Shown here one piece after another: positions 1 through 11,693 of a DNA stretch of 64,000 bases. The stretch lies in assembly GCA_004431415.1 (NCBI GenBank), contig QPMI01000439.1, positions 372,001 through 436,000 of the forward strand, in the 5' to 3' direction. The translations under genes were made by a program, and so were the position numbers. Within the stretch, counting starts at the first letter, position 1. Every line of letters starts with the position of its first letter. The notes under the pieces are model-generated. The model worked only from the letters and a program-made list of their open reading frames with translations, was not told the DNA's origin and searched no databases. The stretch comes from Cyanophora paradoxa CCMP329 (taxonomy: Eukaryota > Plantae > Glaucophyta).

Positions 1-606
1 GGGGCGGGGAGGGGGCGCGGCGGGGGAGAGGAGAGGAGCGAGTTAATAGTATAGTTAATTCAGACAGCTATATAGCTAACTTATAGCGGCACCCCAAACG
101 TTAACGCGTACGGCCGCTGTGCGGGAGGCAAGTCCCTTTAGCTAGGCTTTCAGCTCGCGATCATCGGATCTGTAGCTAGGCTTTCAGCTCGCATCCGTAG
201 CTACCAAGCTCGAATACATATACTAAACTTTGAATCAAGCATAGCCTGAATAATCGAGGGCTACAAGTGGCGAGCCTCGGGAGGGGACGGCGCCAGGAGT
301 ACAATTGAAGTGAGTAGGGGCAGCTGCGCATGCAGAGACGCAGGTGACTTGAGCTAAGGCCACGGGGCGGCCAAGGCGGGAAAAGACGGATAATTTGATG
401 GAGCTTCGACGTCGGCCGGCCATGGAGAGGCACGGCAAGATTGAAGGTCGGGCGCATGTGCATAGGGCGAGCGGAAGGCGGAGGCATTGCCAGAGGAGCC
501 TCCGAGAGGAGAGCCGCTGAGCTGTAAAACTAGGGCGGAGCGCAGCTTCTCGCGGCTCCACGGAAGAGTGTCGCAGTGCGCGGCTCCACGCAAGAGTGTC
601 GCCGTG

Positions 607-1603
607 CTAGATGTCGACGATCACGTAGATGTCGGTGCGCTCGTCCTTCTCGTGCACCTGCGCGCGGGCGTGTGGTAAGAAGGCGGCGTGCGACGGGGCG
701 CGGCGCGCGAGGGGCGAGAGGGGCGCGGCGCGCGAGGGGCGAGAGCGGCGCCGGCAACGACGCGCCTGCATGGCTGAGTACGTGATTGCCTTGACCTCCG
801 TCCCCACGCTGTGCTTGCTGCGGTCGTAGGTCTCGCCTTGGCTGCGGCGGGCGGTGCGCTTGAGCCAGGGTACTGCAGAAGAACATGAGAGGGCGAGGAT
901 GGCAGGCCGGGCGCACGCGTGGGCAGTGATCGTCCAGTTCTCGCGGTCGAACTCGACGACGCGAATGTACTTCGCGACGAAGAACTCGGTCGAGAAGATG
1001 AACAGAAACTCATCCATTATGGCGAACAGCATGGAGAACATGTCGTGGCCTGCACGCGCGCGTCGCACGGGGCGCGGAGCGGCTTGGGGCGGGCGCGCGG
1101 ACCAGACGCCGTCACAGTGCGGGTCAGGCTTCCGTCGATCTCCACCAGGTCGAGGTCAGTGATGTAATTCATCATGGCGATGATCACAGAAGCGATGGCT
1201 TCCTCCGTTGTTGCGCCCCCTGAGCGTGGTCATGTGAGCGCGGTCGGCGTCACAAGCGTTGCGGGGCCGGGACGAGCGGGGCGCGTACAAGAATGCAGCT
1301 GTATATCCGCAGTGTGGTCTAGATCTGCCGGGGAGATGTTAGGACTTGGGCAAGCGGACCCGCGACGCGCTGCAGCGCCGAAGACACCGGGCCGCAGAGC
1401 GCACACTCATAGTGATGCTCCGTGGGCGCATCCGGAATCGTTGCGCCGCTAGGGCCCTTCCCGCCAGTCTCCGCGACGTCGCCTGCCTCGCCCGCCGGCA
1501 CGTCCACTTCCTCCGAGTCGGCAGGCTCGCCGGCGCGCTCGGGCGTGCTGGCACGCACGCGCTTGACGCGTGGGGGGCGCTGAGGCAGCGGGGCACTCTC
1601 CAT
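607..1603 (-). CDS. ZBTB8OS: Archease (RtcB tRNA-ligase cofactor), multi-exon
   Basis: Spliced translation gives HHYE/YLDHTADIQLHS, AMMNYITDLDLVEI, GHDMFSMLFAIMDEFLF, GETYDRSKHSVGTEVKAITYSAMQ and VHEKDERTDIYVIVDI*. These are the DHTAD, EVKAITY and C-terminal DI archease motifs. Confidence 0.92.
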
Positions 1604-1799
1604 GTGCCGGAAAGCTCTAGTGTCAGACGAGTGAAGTTCTTGGGGTACTATCCACGAGTGGTCGGGGTACAGTGCCGTACCAGTGGAGCGCTAAATGGCC
1701 TGCAGTTGGGCGGACAGCGCAACGCTGCTGCTCAGACCATTACCCCGCCCCCGCAGTGCTAATCTCGCATCCCCGACCGCGTTCGCCGCTTGCTGCAGC

Positions 1800-3750
1800 A
1801 TGGACCCCGCCCAGCGCCAGCCGAGAGTCCGCCGCCAGGCCGGCGGCAGCACCGCGTCGGCAGACGCGCCCGCCAAGACCGATCGGACAGCCGGCACCAG
1901 CGCTGCTAGCAGCTCGACCCCGGCGCCCAAGTCGCCCGAGCACCTCTTTGTTTTCGTGCACGGCCTGGTGAGCGCTTCATATTCATGACTGATTTGAATC
2001 GCTTCACTGCTGGTGTGAAATCGCTGCCCGCAGCACGGTTTGCCGAGCGACTTTGCGTACATCGAGCGGAAGCTGCTGGAGCGGACGGGCGGGCGGGCCG
2101 ACGTGGTAAACACAAAGCCCTGCGACCCGCGACCCGAGCGCGGCTCGCATCGGCGCCGGCTGGCTCAGTTCCAGCGTCCCCGGCCCGCAGCTGAGCGTGA
2201 CGTCGAACTGCATGCGGATACACTGGAACTACTTTCGAACGCATGACGGCGTCGACGGCGGCGGCGAGCGGGTCGCCGAGGAGGTGCGCTGGTGTTGTGC
2301 CGCTCCTCCCCCGCCCCGCCCCCGCCGGGCCGCGATTCGAATTCGAAGTCCTGGCACCGCGCGCCAGATCCGCGCGTACGTGGACGCCCACCCGGACCTG
2401 AAGCGCATCTCGGTTGTCGGGCACTCGCTTGGCGGTGCGTAAGCGGGCTCACGAGTCGTCGGCCGCTACGCAGGCCGTCTTCTTCTTCTTCGGCTTGCGC
2501 CGACTCTGTCGTCCTCGTGTTGCGCCGCTGCAGGTCTCTACGCGCGCTACGCCCTCGGACGACTCTACGACCCTGCCTCGGGCACCTTTTGCGGCCGCCT
2601 CCAGCCCGCCGTGCGTTCCTCTCTCGCGCCTAGCCCGGCGCCGGCGGGCTTTGGGGGCTTTGCATAGGCCTCCGCCGCGCCGAGAGCCCAGCCGGCCGGT
2701 CTTTCAGACCGGCCGGCCGGCCGGCCGCGGCGCACATGCGCCTCGTGAAGACGTGCCGCACAGAGTACCCTGCTAGCGCTAGGGCTCCTCCTCCCAACGA
2801 CTGAGCCCAGCTGACGGCGCCCGGCGGCCCACGCCGCCCTCGACGTCGACGCAGGACTACGTCAGCTTTGTGTCGCCGCACCTCGGCGTCCGCGGAGTCA
2901 TCCACCCCCTCCTTCAGTTCCTCGCCTCTCTCCTCCTCCAGCGGACGGGTACCCCCTTTCCCACTGGATTCGAGGCGACAGTGACGCGTCGCCGCCGCTG
3001 CCCTCCATTGCTGAGCCGTGCCCCCTGCAGGCCGCCAGCTGCTGCTGGACGACTCGGACGGGTACGGCGGCGAGCCGCTCCTCGTCAGCCTGGCGCGAGA
3101 CTCCCGTGCGCATGTACCCCCCCCCTCCTTTCCGAGCCAGTCGAAATTTGATCTGCGGCGGCGCGCAGAGCTCGGCCCCTTCCTCTCCGCCCTTTCGTCC
3201 TTCCGGTCCCGTGTGTGCTACGCAACCATAGCTTATGACGTGCAGGCCCGCACGCCCCCGTACCCCCGCCCATCCTCCTCTCCCCGCCGAGCCCCCGCCG
3301 CAGGTCCCGTACCCCACGTCGGCCATCTCAGCGTACCCCTTCTCGGAGGGCGATGCGGGTGAGCCCGCGGAGGGGTACCCAACCGTAGCGGGCGTGCGCC
3401 GCGGGCCCCTGTGGCCCCCGGCCGGGGAGGCGGCGGCCGGCAGCCCCGAATCCCGCAGGCGCTTCTTCGAAGGGAGCGAGCCGAGACACGCCCGGGCCTT
3501 CGAGGCGATGCTCTCGGGCCTCGGCTTGCGCGAGTGGACGCGCGTGGCGCTGCGCATGGGCCCCCTCCTCTCCCGGCTCTTCGCGCACACGAGCGTGATC
3601 AGCAAGTTCCCTGAGGCCCTCAACGGGTCCGCGCGTGACGTCGTGGACCACTTCCTCGCCTGCTGCGTGGATCCGGAGCCCCCGGCCGCGGCGGCGCGAT
3701 CCGGCGCCCCCGCCTCCTGTCTCTCGGCCGGCGCCACGATAGCCGGCTAG
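1800..3750 (+). CDS. DUF676 putative serine esterase/lipase (alpha/beta hydrolase), multi-exon
   Basis: Exons encode HLFVFVHGL, THDGVDGGGERVAEE, RISVVGHSLGGLYARYA (GxSxG nucleophile), SPHLGVRG, RTGRQLLLDD, FLSALSSFRSRVCYA and YDVQVPYPTSAI. Confidence 0.87.
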
Positions 3751-3902
3751 CTGAGGCCTTTAATTTGAAAGCGCGCGCGGCAAGCTGCGAGCCCGGCCGC
3801 GGCGGCCCGACCGGACGGCGACGGCGCCGGCGCCACGATAGTCGGCTAGCTTAAGCCTTCGAAGCTTGGAGCGGCAGCGGCAAGCGCCGAGCCCGGCGGC
3901 CA
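3727..3902. repeat. ~99-bp tandem duplication spanning the DUF676 stop codon
   Basis: gccggcgccacgatag(c/t)cggctagct..gcggcaagc..gagcccgg starts at both 3727 and 3826. Confidence 0.85.
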
Positions 3903-4131
3903 ATTTCGAGCGCGATAAACTTGCATGCAGGCTTACGCGATTGCCCAGACTCCAGCCGCTGTGGCCGGCAAACCCCAGGTCGCACTGCGACGAACGATGC
4001 AATTGGCAGCCAGCGGGCAGATCATAATTGAGTTAATGTTCCATGTTTTAAAGTTTCAAAAATTTTCCGCCTAAGGAATAACTAGGCCCTGAACTGTACT
4101 GGTCTAGCTATACTGTACTTTAGTGTCCTAT

Positions 4132-5485
4132 TCACTGACTGATTGAGAGAAATGTACAGGGAAAGGTTGGAATCGCAGGGTACTGAATCGCAAGGGCTGA
4201 AGCGCAAAAGGTATGCAGGGTCCGACAAAACTGTCTGTCGCTGGCGCATGGGCACAGCTCGAAGCACAAAAACTCAGCTACGTGAGTTTGGACCGGCTCC
4301 GTGCTAGGGAGCATCTGCAGAATCATGGAAACAATATCAGCAGCAACTACCATAATACCGCAAAGCAGAAAAAGCGTCCGGCGAAATAGGGCGACAAATA
4401 GATAGAGAAATCGGGGATGGCCCCATGAAAGGAGAAAGGAAAGGGGCACACTCCCGGCTATACGGCACACGTGTACGCCTGCTGCCGTACGATCGTCTCC
4501 ATGTCGACCCGCCCGTCATCCTTCGAGAGGTCCACGTGGGAGATCGACGGCATGCAAGTGCTCTCCTGGTCCATGGGATCGATTCCGACCAGGGCATCTG
4601 CGCGAGAGCAGCGGTTAGCGGCCGGCAAAAGAAATGAGGAGGCGCGGGTCCGGACCTTTGTACACTTTCAGGTCTTCCGGCGTCACGTTCAGACTGAAGT
4701 TGATCATGAAAAGAAATTCTGCACACGCGGGAGGTGAGCAAGGATCGAGCCGGCAGCTGCCGGGACGGCGCACCGATCTCAAGGCCATTCATCTCCTGCA
4801 CGGTGACGCCGCCGACTTTTGAGAAGTACGCATTGCTGTCGTGGACGTCGTCCACAAACTTTGAAGCGCAGAGGGCCGCCGTGAGGAGCAATCTGAGCGA
4901 CGTACGTCAGCGCGGGCGCATGCGCAAGTGAGGGAGGCGCTGCTGGCCGCACCGGTGGATAGAGAACGAGGAGATGATGAATTCGGGATTGCGCTGCATA
5001 ATCCTGGTAGAGCGGGTAAGCGGGGCACGCAAGTACGAGCGGCGGGAACCGCAGCCGCACCGGTCAACGTAGATGAAGGCGAGGACGAAGGCATCGAAGG
5101 AGGCGTTGAGGTATCGGTGCAGGCGCTCCAGATACTGGCGGATCGAGATGGTGGGGGCTATGTTGGAGTGGAAGACTGAGACCCGCCGGCACGCTATCTG
5201 GAGGTCGTCATTCCGCTGAATCACTTGGTTCAGGACGCCCGCCATCGTTGCGAGCAGCCGGAACTCCTCATCGGATTCCGATAGGCAGTGGCCGGTCGGG
5301 GCGGCTATTGCCGCCAGGGCGGGCGCAGCTAATTCCGCGCTCGCGTTGGACGACAGCGCGGCCGCCCCGGTCACCGTAGCCGGGGCGCAGCTGAATGCGC
5401 TGCAAGGGAGAGGTTCTACGAAAGACAACGGGGCCGTGGGAGGGCAGACGCCGCCCTCCGCGATGGACCCGTCGAAAGGCGGCAT
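4132..5485 (-). CDS. PHO80/P/U-type cyclin, multi-exon (last exon and stop uncertain, about 4130-4340)
   Basis: FHSNIAPTISIRQYLERLHRY..FVLAFIYVDR / IHRLLLTAALCASKFVDD..NAYFSKVGGVTVQEMNGLEI / EFLFMINFSLNV is a typical PHO80-like cyclin box. Confidence 0.88.
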
Positions 5486-6229
5486 CGCTCTTGGTCGCCG
5501 CGTACGTGCGCTAGCGCTGTGCTTGGAGGCGCTTCAGCTTTGTTGTCTTCTTCTGATCGCTGAGGAATGAGGGAGCTGAGGAGCTGTAGCTGGCTGCATA
5601 CGCTCTCTTTTCGGGAGCACCCTAGCGTAGGCGCCTTGAGACTTAGCAGCTCTGTTGCGGCTTTCACGAAGCTCGCCGCAAAAAGTAAAAAAAAGCCCAC
5701 GAAGCCCATCTCGGGAGCTTCGAGCTCAAAGGCGGGGTTCTCTAAACAAGAAAAGCGCTCACGAGCGGGCCGAGCATAGAACGCTAGGGCGACTCGGGAG
5801 GCCCGGGTACGGCAAATGCTTAAATCCTTAGCGCACGGGAGCTCCAAGCTCGTTTCCGGCTCGGTTTCTTGTTCTGCACGTGAGTTCCTCGAGCCGTGTG
5901 TTTTTTTCTTCGCGCAATGCATCTTTGAGTGATGACGCATGTGACGCCTCGACTCTCGAGAACGTCGGTTGAACACAATCCTCGAGCTCGAGCCTCGAGC
6001 CTCGTCACGGCTCTTCGCGCTGCAAATGGATAAGTTCACGAAGTGAGTCTCGAGCACGTGCGCGGCAACGGGGTACTGATGTGCCCCGTCACGGCCCCCG
6101 TGCGCATCACAGTTTCATATGCATCAACGTTTTTTTCGAGCGCATGCGCATTGCAAATTGCGCCCATGCGGCGGGCCGCCGGCGGCATGCGCGCGCGCGC
6201 GGGCCGCGGCCCGCGGGGCGTCACGCAGC

Positions 6230-6756
6230 CAGTGATGTTATTCCGAATTAACCGAAAAACTGCCCATTCCAGGAATAATTCCTGGAATATTCCTAGTAAG
6301 ATTCCGAATTCTTTATTGTTTCTAGAAACCCTTCCCTCATACACGCGTACCGCACCCCACGCCGGCCCAGCCCCGCCCTGCCCGCCCCTCCCCGCTTTGC
6401 GAGACCACTGTATGAACTGTCAAGCATTAAATATTGAAGCATATTCATGCGTTCGAAGGTGCAGCAGTGAGCTCGAGCTGTCGTCGTCGACGTCGTCGGG
6501 CAGACCGCTTGCGGAGGCGACTCCGACGGGCCAGCTGAGCCCTCGTTCTCACCAGACATTAATTTGCGATGCGGGCGCGCTCTGCTGGACGCTGTGTGCT
6601 GCGTTCTGGCGAAAACTCCCATGCACGAACAAGTACCCCCCCTTATTCGGAACAATTCCTGAAAGAACGGCGTTCCCAGCACCATTCCAGGAATCATTCT
6701 AGGAATTATTCCTGGAATAGAATTAGAAAATGTTTCTAGAAAGAATGCCATCACTG
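6230..6756. mobile_element. Non-autonomous hAT-type DNA transposon (MITE), 527 bp
   Basis: Terminal inverted repeats CAGTGATG..ATTC / GAAT..CATCACTG. Perfect 8-bp target-site duplication CACGCAGC at 6222-6229 and 6757-6764. Clustered ATTCC/GGAAT subterminal motifs at both ends. Confidence 0.88.
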
Positions 6757-7545
6757 CACGCAGCGCGTGTCCGACGGTCCATGTGACCATGTCCGATCGA
6801 TATGACGACGATATCGCGATCGCGACGTCGACGCGCCGGGCGCCGCCGGCCCGGCGCGATCAAATTAAAAAGCCTAGCTAAAACCGGTGCTAAATATAGC
6901 CTATAGCTAGTATAGCCAGCCGGCGCGGCGGCGCCGGCGCCGGGCCGGCGGCGGCGCCGGCGGGTCGATCAAGTTTAACTAAAAGGCCTGATTATTACTA
7001 GTAAGCCGCCTAGCTAAATATAGGCCTAGGGAGGGGATCGCGCGATGGCTTCCATTGTTAGGTAGAGAAGAAAAAATTTAAGAGGAAGGGAAATAGCTGC
7101 GCATGCAGCTGCAGCCTTCAAACCCGGGGCGCCTAAGCGAACTTCGGAATCGGAGTCTTTTCTCTTTTAAATTTAGCAGAGGGCTTCATGTGATCTACAG
7201 CTTAAAGCCTTTACACGCAAGCTTTGCCTTGGAGGCGCTTACGTAAACCTGGAGTCCTCCTCGCTGTGCGGGGTCCCTTGGGGCGGGGGGATGTAGGCCG
7301 GAGTCTGGGGAAGCGGGCGGGAGCCCCATTGGCCCGGTGCACGCTGATTATGGTCAGTAGCGGAGTTCAGCACGCCGAGCGTCATACATATACCCATCCG
7401 CAGACCTGCTAGGGAACGGATCATTCAAGTTGCGAGGGACGCCTCGCTCGCGTCCTTACTCGGTACGCACCGAGCCTCGGAGACTGGAATGGCGTTTGAG
7501 CATATTGTCTTGATTGATGCTGTAAAAATTGAAATAGAGCGTGAG

Positions 7546-8278
7546 CTACTCGTCCAGCTTGAGCTTGATGTTGTTACGTATCCGAGTGGCGTCCAGTACT
7601 TCAATCAGCCCCTGCGAGGGCGAGAGCCGGATCGGTGCGAGGAGAAACAGCGCTTACGGATTTATGCAAACAAAATCCGAGGTCCCCCCTGCAAACACGA
7701 ACCTGATTGACAATCTCATCGAGGGCCAATGCGGCCTTCGGATAGTTCTCCAGCAGCATCGCCTCGGAAAGCTGCGTCTTCTTCTTGGAAATGGCCTTGA
7801 TGACAGAGACGTAGGCGCGGAGCGCGTCAGACACTGAAGCGGCGGTCAGCGCGGGCTTCAGAGCGGCGGCGCAAGCGCGACGACGCACGTATAAGCTCGT
7901 CAGTCTCGCCCTCGCCGGAGAAGCAGGCCACGAGGTCGCCGAAGGACCCTGGATGGTGCACGCGCGTAAGCTTGAGCGCTCGACACTACTCTCCAGCCAG
8001 CGGCCGCGGCGAGGGAGGCGTTGGGGCGCGGACCGAAGCAGACTATGCGGTCGCCGATGCATGCGACGCGCTCCTCCTCGTCCGCGAGGCCGGCGGCTCC
8101 ATCAGCGAGAACGGCGCGGAGCCTGCGGCGCTCTCGGTAGGCTGGAGAGGAAGCGCAGCGTGGCCAGGACGAACCGCTGTTCCCATGCGCTTTGCTCTGC
8201 GGGAGCAAGCTCGTCGAAGTAGCGGGACACGAGGACGCCGCCATTTCGATTCATCACGTAAACATGGCACACGGGCAT
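7546..8278 (-). CDS. TSPOON: Longin-fold sigma/zeta-like subunit, most similar to TSET/TPLATE complex TSPOON (LOLITA)
   Basis: MPVCHVYVMNRNGGVLVSRYFDELAPAEQSAW..EEERVACIG..GEGETDELIL..MLLENYPKAALALDEIVNQGLIEVLDATRIRNNIKLKLDE* parallels recalled LOLITA motifs (PAEERLHW, LVAC, DEYDELAL, LDEIV.NGLLE..D..RI...I.LK). Confidence 0.72.
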
Positions 8279-8726
8279 CGCTGAATCGCACACGGCTGAG
8301 GGTGCGCAGTGCTGCGTCGCCGCCGAGTGCGCCCCGTGTCCAGGTAGAGATGCGAAATGCTGCGTGTGGCGTTCCGAGGGCTCTCGCAGCTGCACAAGAA
8401 GTCTTTTTGAAGTCAGAAGAAAACAACCGCACGCCGACCGAGCGTCGCGCGTCGGGCCGGGCGGGTACACGAATGACTGTCTAGTTTGCACCACGGGATT
8501 AACCTAAGAGAACTACACTTCTCTACCCAGCGGTAGGGGTACGTGCGCACGCGAGCCACTTTCGAGAGCCGCAGTTTCGCAGCAGGCGAGCGCGGAGCAC
8601 GTCTAGGCGTGCGAAGCGGAGTCAGCGTTAGTGCGACATCGCGCTCCCATCCCTGCCCTCGCTCCGCCCGCCATTCTCCACAAGCTTTCGGCCAGCGACG
8701 CCACACGGGCTGCAAAAAAAGGTGCC

Positions 8727-9195
8727 ATGTCGGAAGCAGCAGCGCCAGCAGTGGCCTCCACATCCGCATCCCCCGCCCCTGAGGACAAGCCGCCCATCGA
8801 ATTCGTGAAGCTGATCAGCGCCGAGGGCCACGAGTTCATCATCGAGAAGCGCGCCGCGATGATTTCAAATACGATTAAGAACATGCTTAACACTCCCGGT
8901 CCGTCGCTGTGACGGAGCTTCCCTCGCTTGGCTCGGTCTTATGCTCCAGCAGGCACGTTTGTGGAGAACGCCCGCGGTCAGATCGAGCTTCCAGACATAT
9001 CAACACCAGTCCTCGAGAAGGCGCGTGTGCCGCGCCGCGTCCCGCGGCTTGTTCTCAACTTGGAACGTGCAGGTTTGCCAGTACTTCCACTACAAGCTGC
9101 GCTTCAGCAACACGCCCCCGCCGTTCCAGGAGTTTAAGATAGAGCCCGAGATCACGCTAGAGCTAATGATGGCGGCGAACTTCCTCGACACTTGA
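8727..9195 (+). CDS. ELOC: Elongin C, 3 exons
   Basis: [31 protein letters not shown] / [17 protein letters not shown] / [31 protein letters not shown]. Confidence 0.95.
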
Positions 9196-9595
9196 CTGGC
9201 GAACTTCCTCGACACTTGACTAGCGTAGGCAGAGCCGCTGAGGCAGCTGCACAATGTACAGGTTAGCCACTAGGAGTACTTGTTAAGGCGTGCATTCTTA
9301 GGCATGCACCGGGCGTGCACGCATAGCCTTTAGCTATGAATCCAGCTGATCGTGAAATGATGGATTTTGCAAATGCATCCGCCCCACTTCGTCGTGGCCG
9401 GGGAGGCTGCTGAATACCCTCGGCCTGCAGCTGACATGATGATCATGAGCGCGAGCTTGAAACAGGAATGTTCAGCGATCTTAAAATACAACAGCAGCTG
9501 CACAAAAATTGGCCGCCGAGAGCCAGCCATACTGCCTACTAGTGCCTAGACCTGCTCTGTAGGCTTTCTGAGTCCTGGCTTCATACATTGACCAA

Positions 9596-11345
9596 TTACC
9601 CTGCAGGCATGAAGTCAGCGGGGCGTCGGCGGCCGTGGAGCAGCAAGCGGGGGGCGGCGCACAGTTGGGGTCGATCTCGGTGAGCTTCACCGGGCGCTTC
9701 TCGTCGTGCGACTTACGGGCGGCAATGGCCATGACGACCTGCGAGCGCGCGGCCCGTGAGCAAGCGCGGAGGGCGGGGGCGCGGTGGATCAAATCTCGAG
9801 AGCGCTCACCGGGTCGCGGCCGCACTTAATCGGGACCGACATCTCGCGGTCATTGAGGACGTTGTCGACGAAGTCCTCCATGATGTTGATGAAGGACTCG
9901 GTGTAGCGGTCCATGAAGAAGTTGAGCGGCAGGTCGCCCTGCTTCACCTGCGGGCGGCGGCGGCGGCGGCGCGCGTCGACTACGGGGCGCCTGAAACACG
10001 GGCGTATGCGCGCGTGGCGCACCTCGGTGTTGCTCGGGTAGTTGTTGACGGACTGGATCGAGCCCTTCGAGCCGAAGGCCTCGCAGCGCTGGTCGTAGCC
10101 GTAGACCGCCTGGCGCGAGTTGTCAATGGAGACGATGACGCCGTTGGTGTAGCGGATCTGGGTGATGGCAGTGTCGACGTCGCCGAGCTTGCCGATCTCG
10201 GGGTCAACCATGCAGCCGGCCATGGTGTAGATCTCCTGCGCTCGCAGAGCTAAGCGTGCGGCGCGCGGAGCGGCGGCGTGGCGCGCGCGGGCTGACCTCC
10301 GCCTTCGCGGTCGGGTCCTGCGCAGAGATGAGGAAGTTGGCCATATCGAAGTCGTGCATGGTCATATCCAGGAACATGCCGCCGGACTGCTTGACGTAGT
10401 AGAGCGGGGGGGGAGCGGGGTCGCGGCTGGGCGGCGGTCAGGGGGGACAAAATTCGATCCAGGGCGGCGGGGGTGCATACGAGAAGATGTGAAGAAGGTG
10501 GAGGTCGCCGATCTCCTTCTCAGCGAGCGCCTTGCGGATGCGCATGTAGTTCGGGTCAAAGCGGCGGTTCAGGCCGACCTAAGGGTGCCCAAGGGTCAGA
10601 CGAGGTGGGGGGGCGTCCGGACGATGCAGAGAAAGGAAAAACAAACCATGAACTTCACGCCAGACTTCTTGACAGCGTCGACGCACTTGTCAACGTTCTC
10701 GATGGCAATGTCGACGGGCTTCTCGCAGAAGATGTGCTTGCCGGCCTCGGCGCACTCAATAACCATCTGAGTGTGGGTGTCCGAGGGGCCAGCAATGACG
10801 CTGCGCGGTTTCAAAAGCGGGAGGCGCGCAGGGAAAGTTATCATCAGTGATACGTCGCGCGCAATCATAAGCTCGGGAACGTACATGGCGTCGACCTTGG
10901 GGTCCTTAATCATGTCGTGGTAGTCATAGACGAGCTCGCAGCCGGTCAGGAGGGCGCAGCGCTGAGCCGACGAGACGGAGCCCGAAGCGACGGAGGTGAG
11001 GCGGGCGTTCTTGATGCGGAAGGCGATGGTATCGGCGTGGACGGTACCGATGCGGCCAGCGCCAATGACACCGATGTGCAGGCACTTCTCGTCGGCCTCC
11101 TTCTTGATCTCAGTGTCGGTCACAACGCGCGCAGTCGCCTCGGTGAGCTTGTCGGCCTCGGCGTTGGCCGAAACCGAGAACTGAACGCGCGCCGCGGGCT
11201 TCTCGGTCGCCTGGAAAAGGCGGCGCGAGCCGGTCGACTTCGCGAACTTGCGGGTCACGGCATCCGCGCGCTTCAGACCAGTGAAGGGCTGGAACGCCGG
11301 CTTGGTCGACGTGGCCGGGGCGACGGGAGCGACGGTGAACGCCAT
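9596..11345 (-). CDS. iolG: Myo-inositol 2-dehydrogenase-like Gfo/Idh/MocA oxidoreductase with plastid transit peptide, multi-exon
   Basis: N-terminal [18 protein letters not shown] extension, then [80 protein letters not shown] and [11 protein letters not shown]. Confidence 0.9.
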
Positions 11346-11693
11346 TTTACGAACTGCTGACCGCTGCTGAAGCCGGCCGAACTGACCTGCAGCTGTACCC
11401 CGCCCCGGCCCATAAACATCACGGCGCATAAACATCGCCAAGTCGGGCTGGCGCCGGCGGCGCCTGTATCCGCTGGAAACGGCCAAGAGCTTGCAGAGGC
11501 ACTTGCAGGGGCTTGCCGCGAACCTCCGAGCCCCGCGGCCGAGCGCTAGCGCTAGCGGCGCCGAGCACGTTATGGGCTCGAGGCCGCCGCGCCCGCGCGC
11601 GACACTGACCGGCACCGTGCATCGCCAAGCTGAGAGAGATAGCTGCGGATACTGATATTCGCGTTCGTGTTCATTTAGCTGCCGGCGACAGCT

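Noticed and set aside
6043-6790. 219-aa and 165-aa ORFs
   Set aside because: They span the MITE and its subterminal repeats, with no transposase or other domain motifs.
7200-7480. GC-rich segment that might be a structured ncRNA or small exon
   Set aside because: No SRP, RNase P or snRNA consensus could be identified; it may be the TSPOON 3' region.
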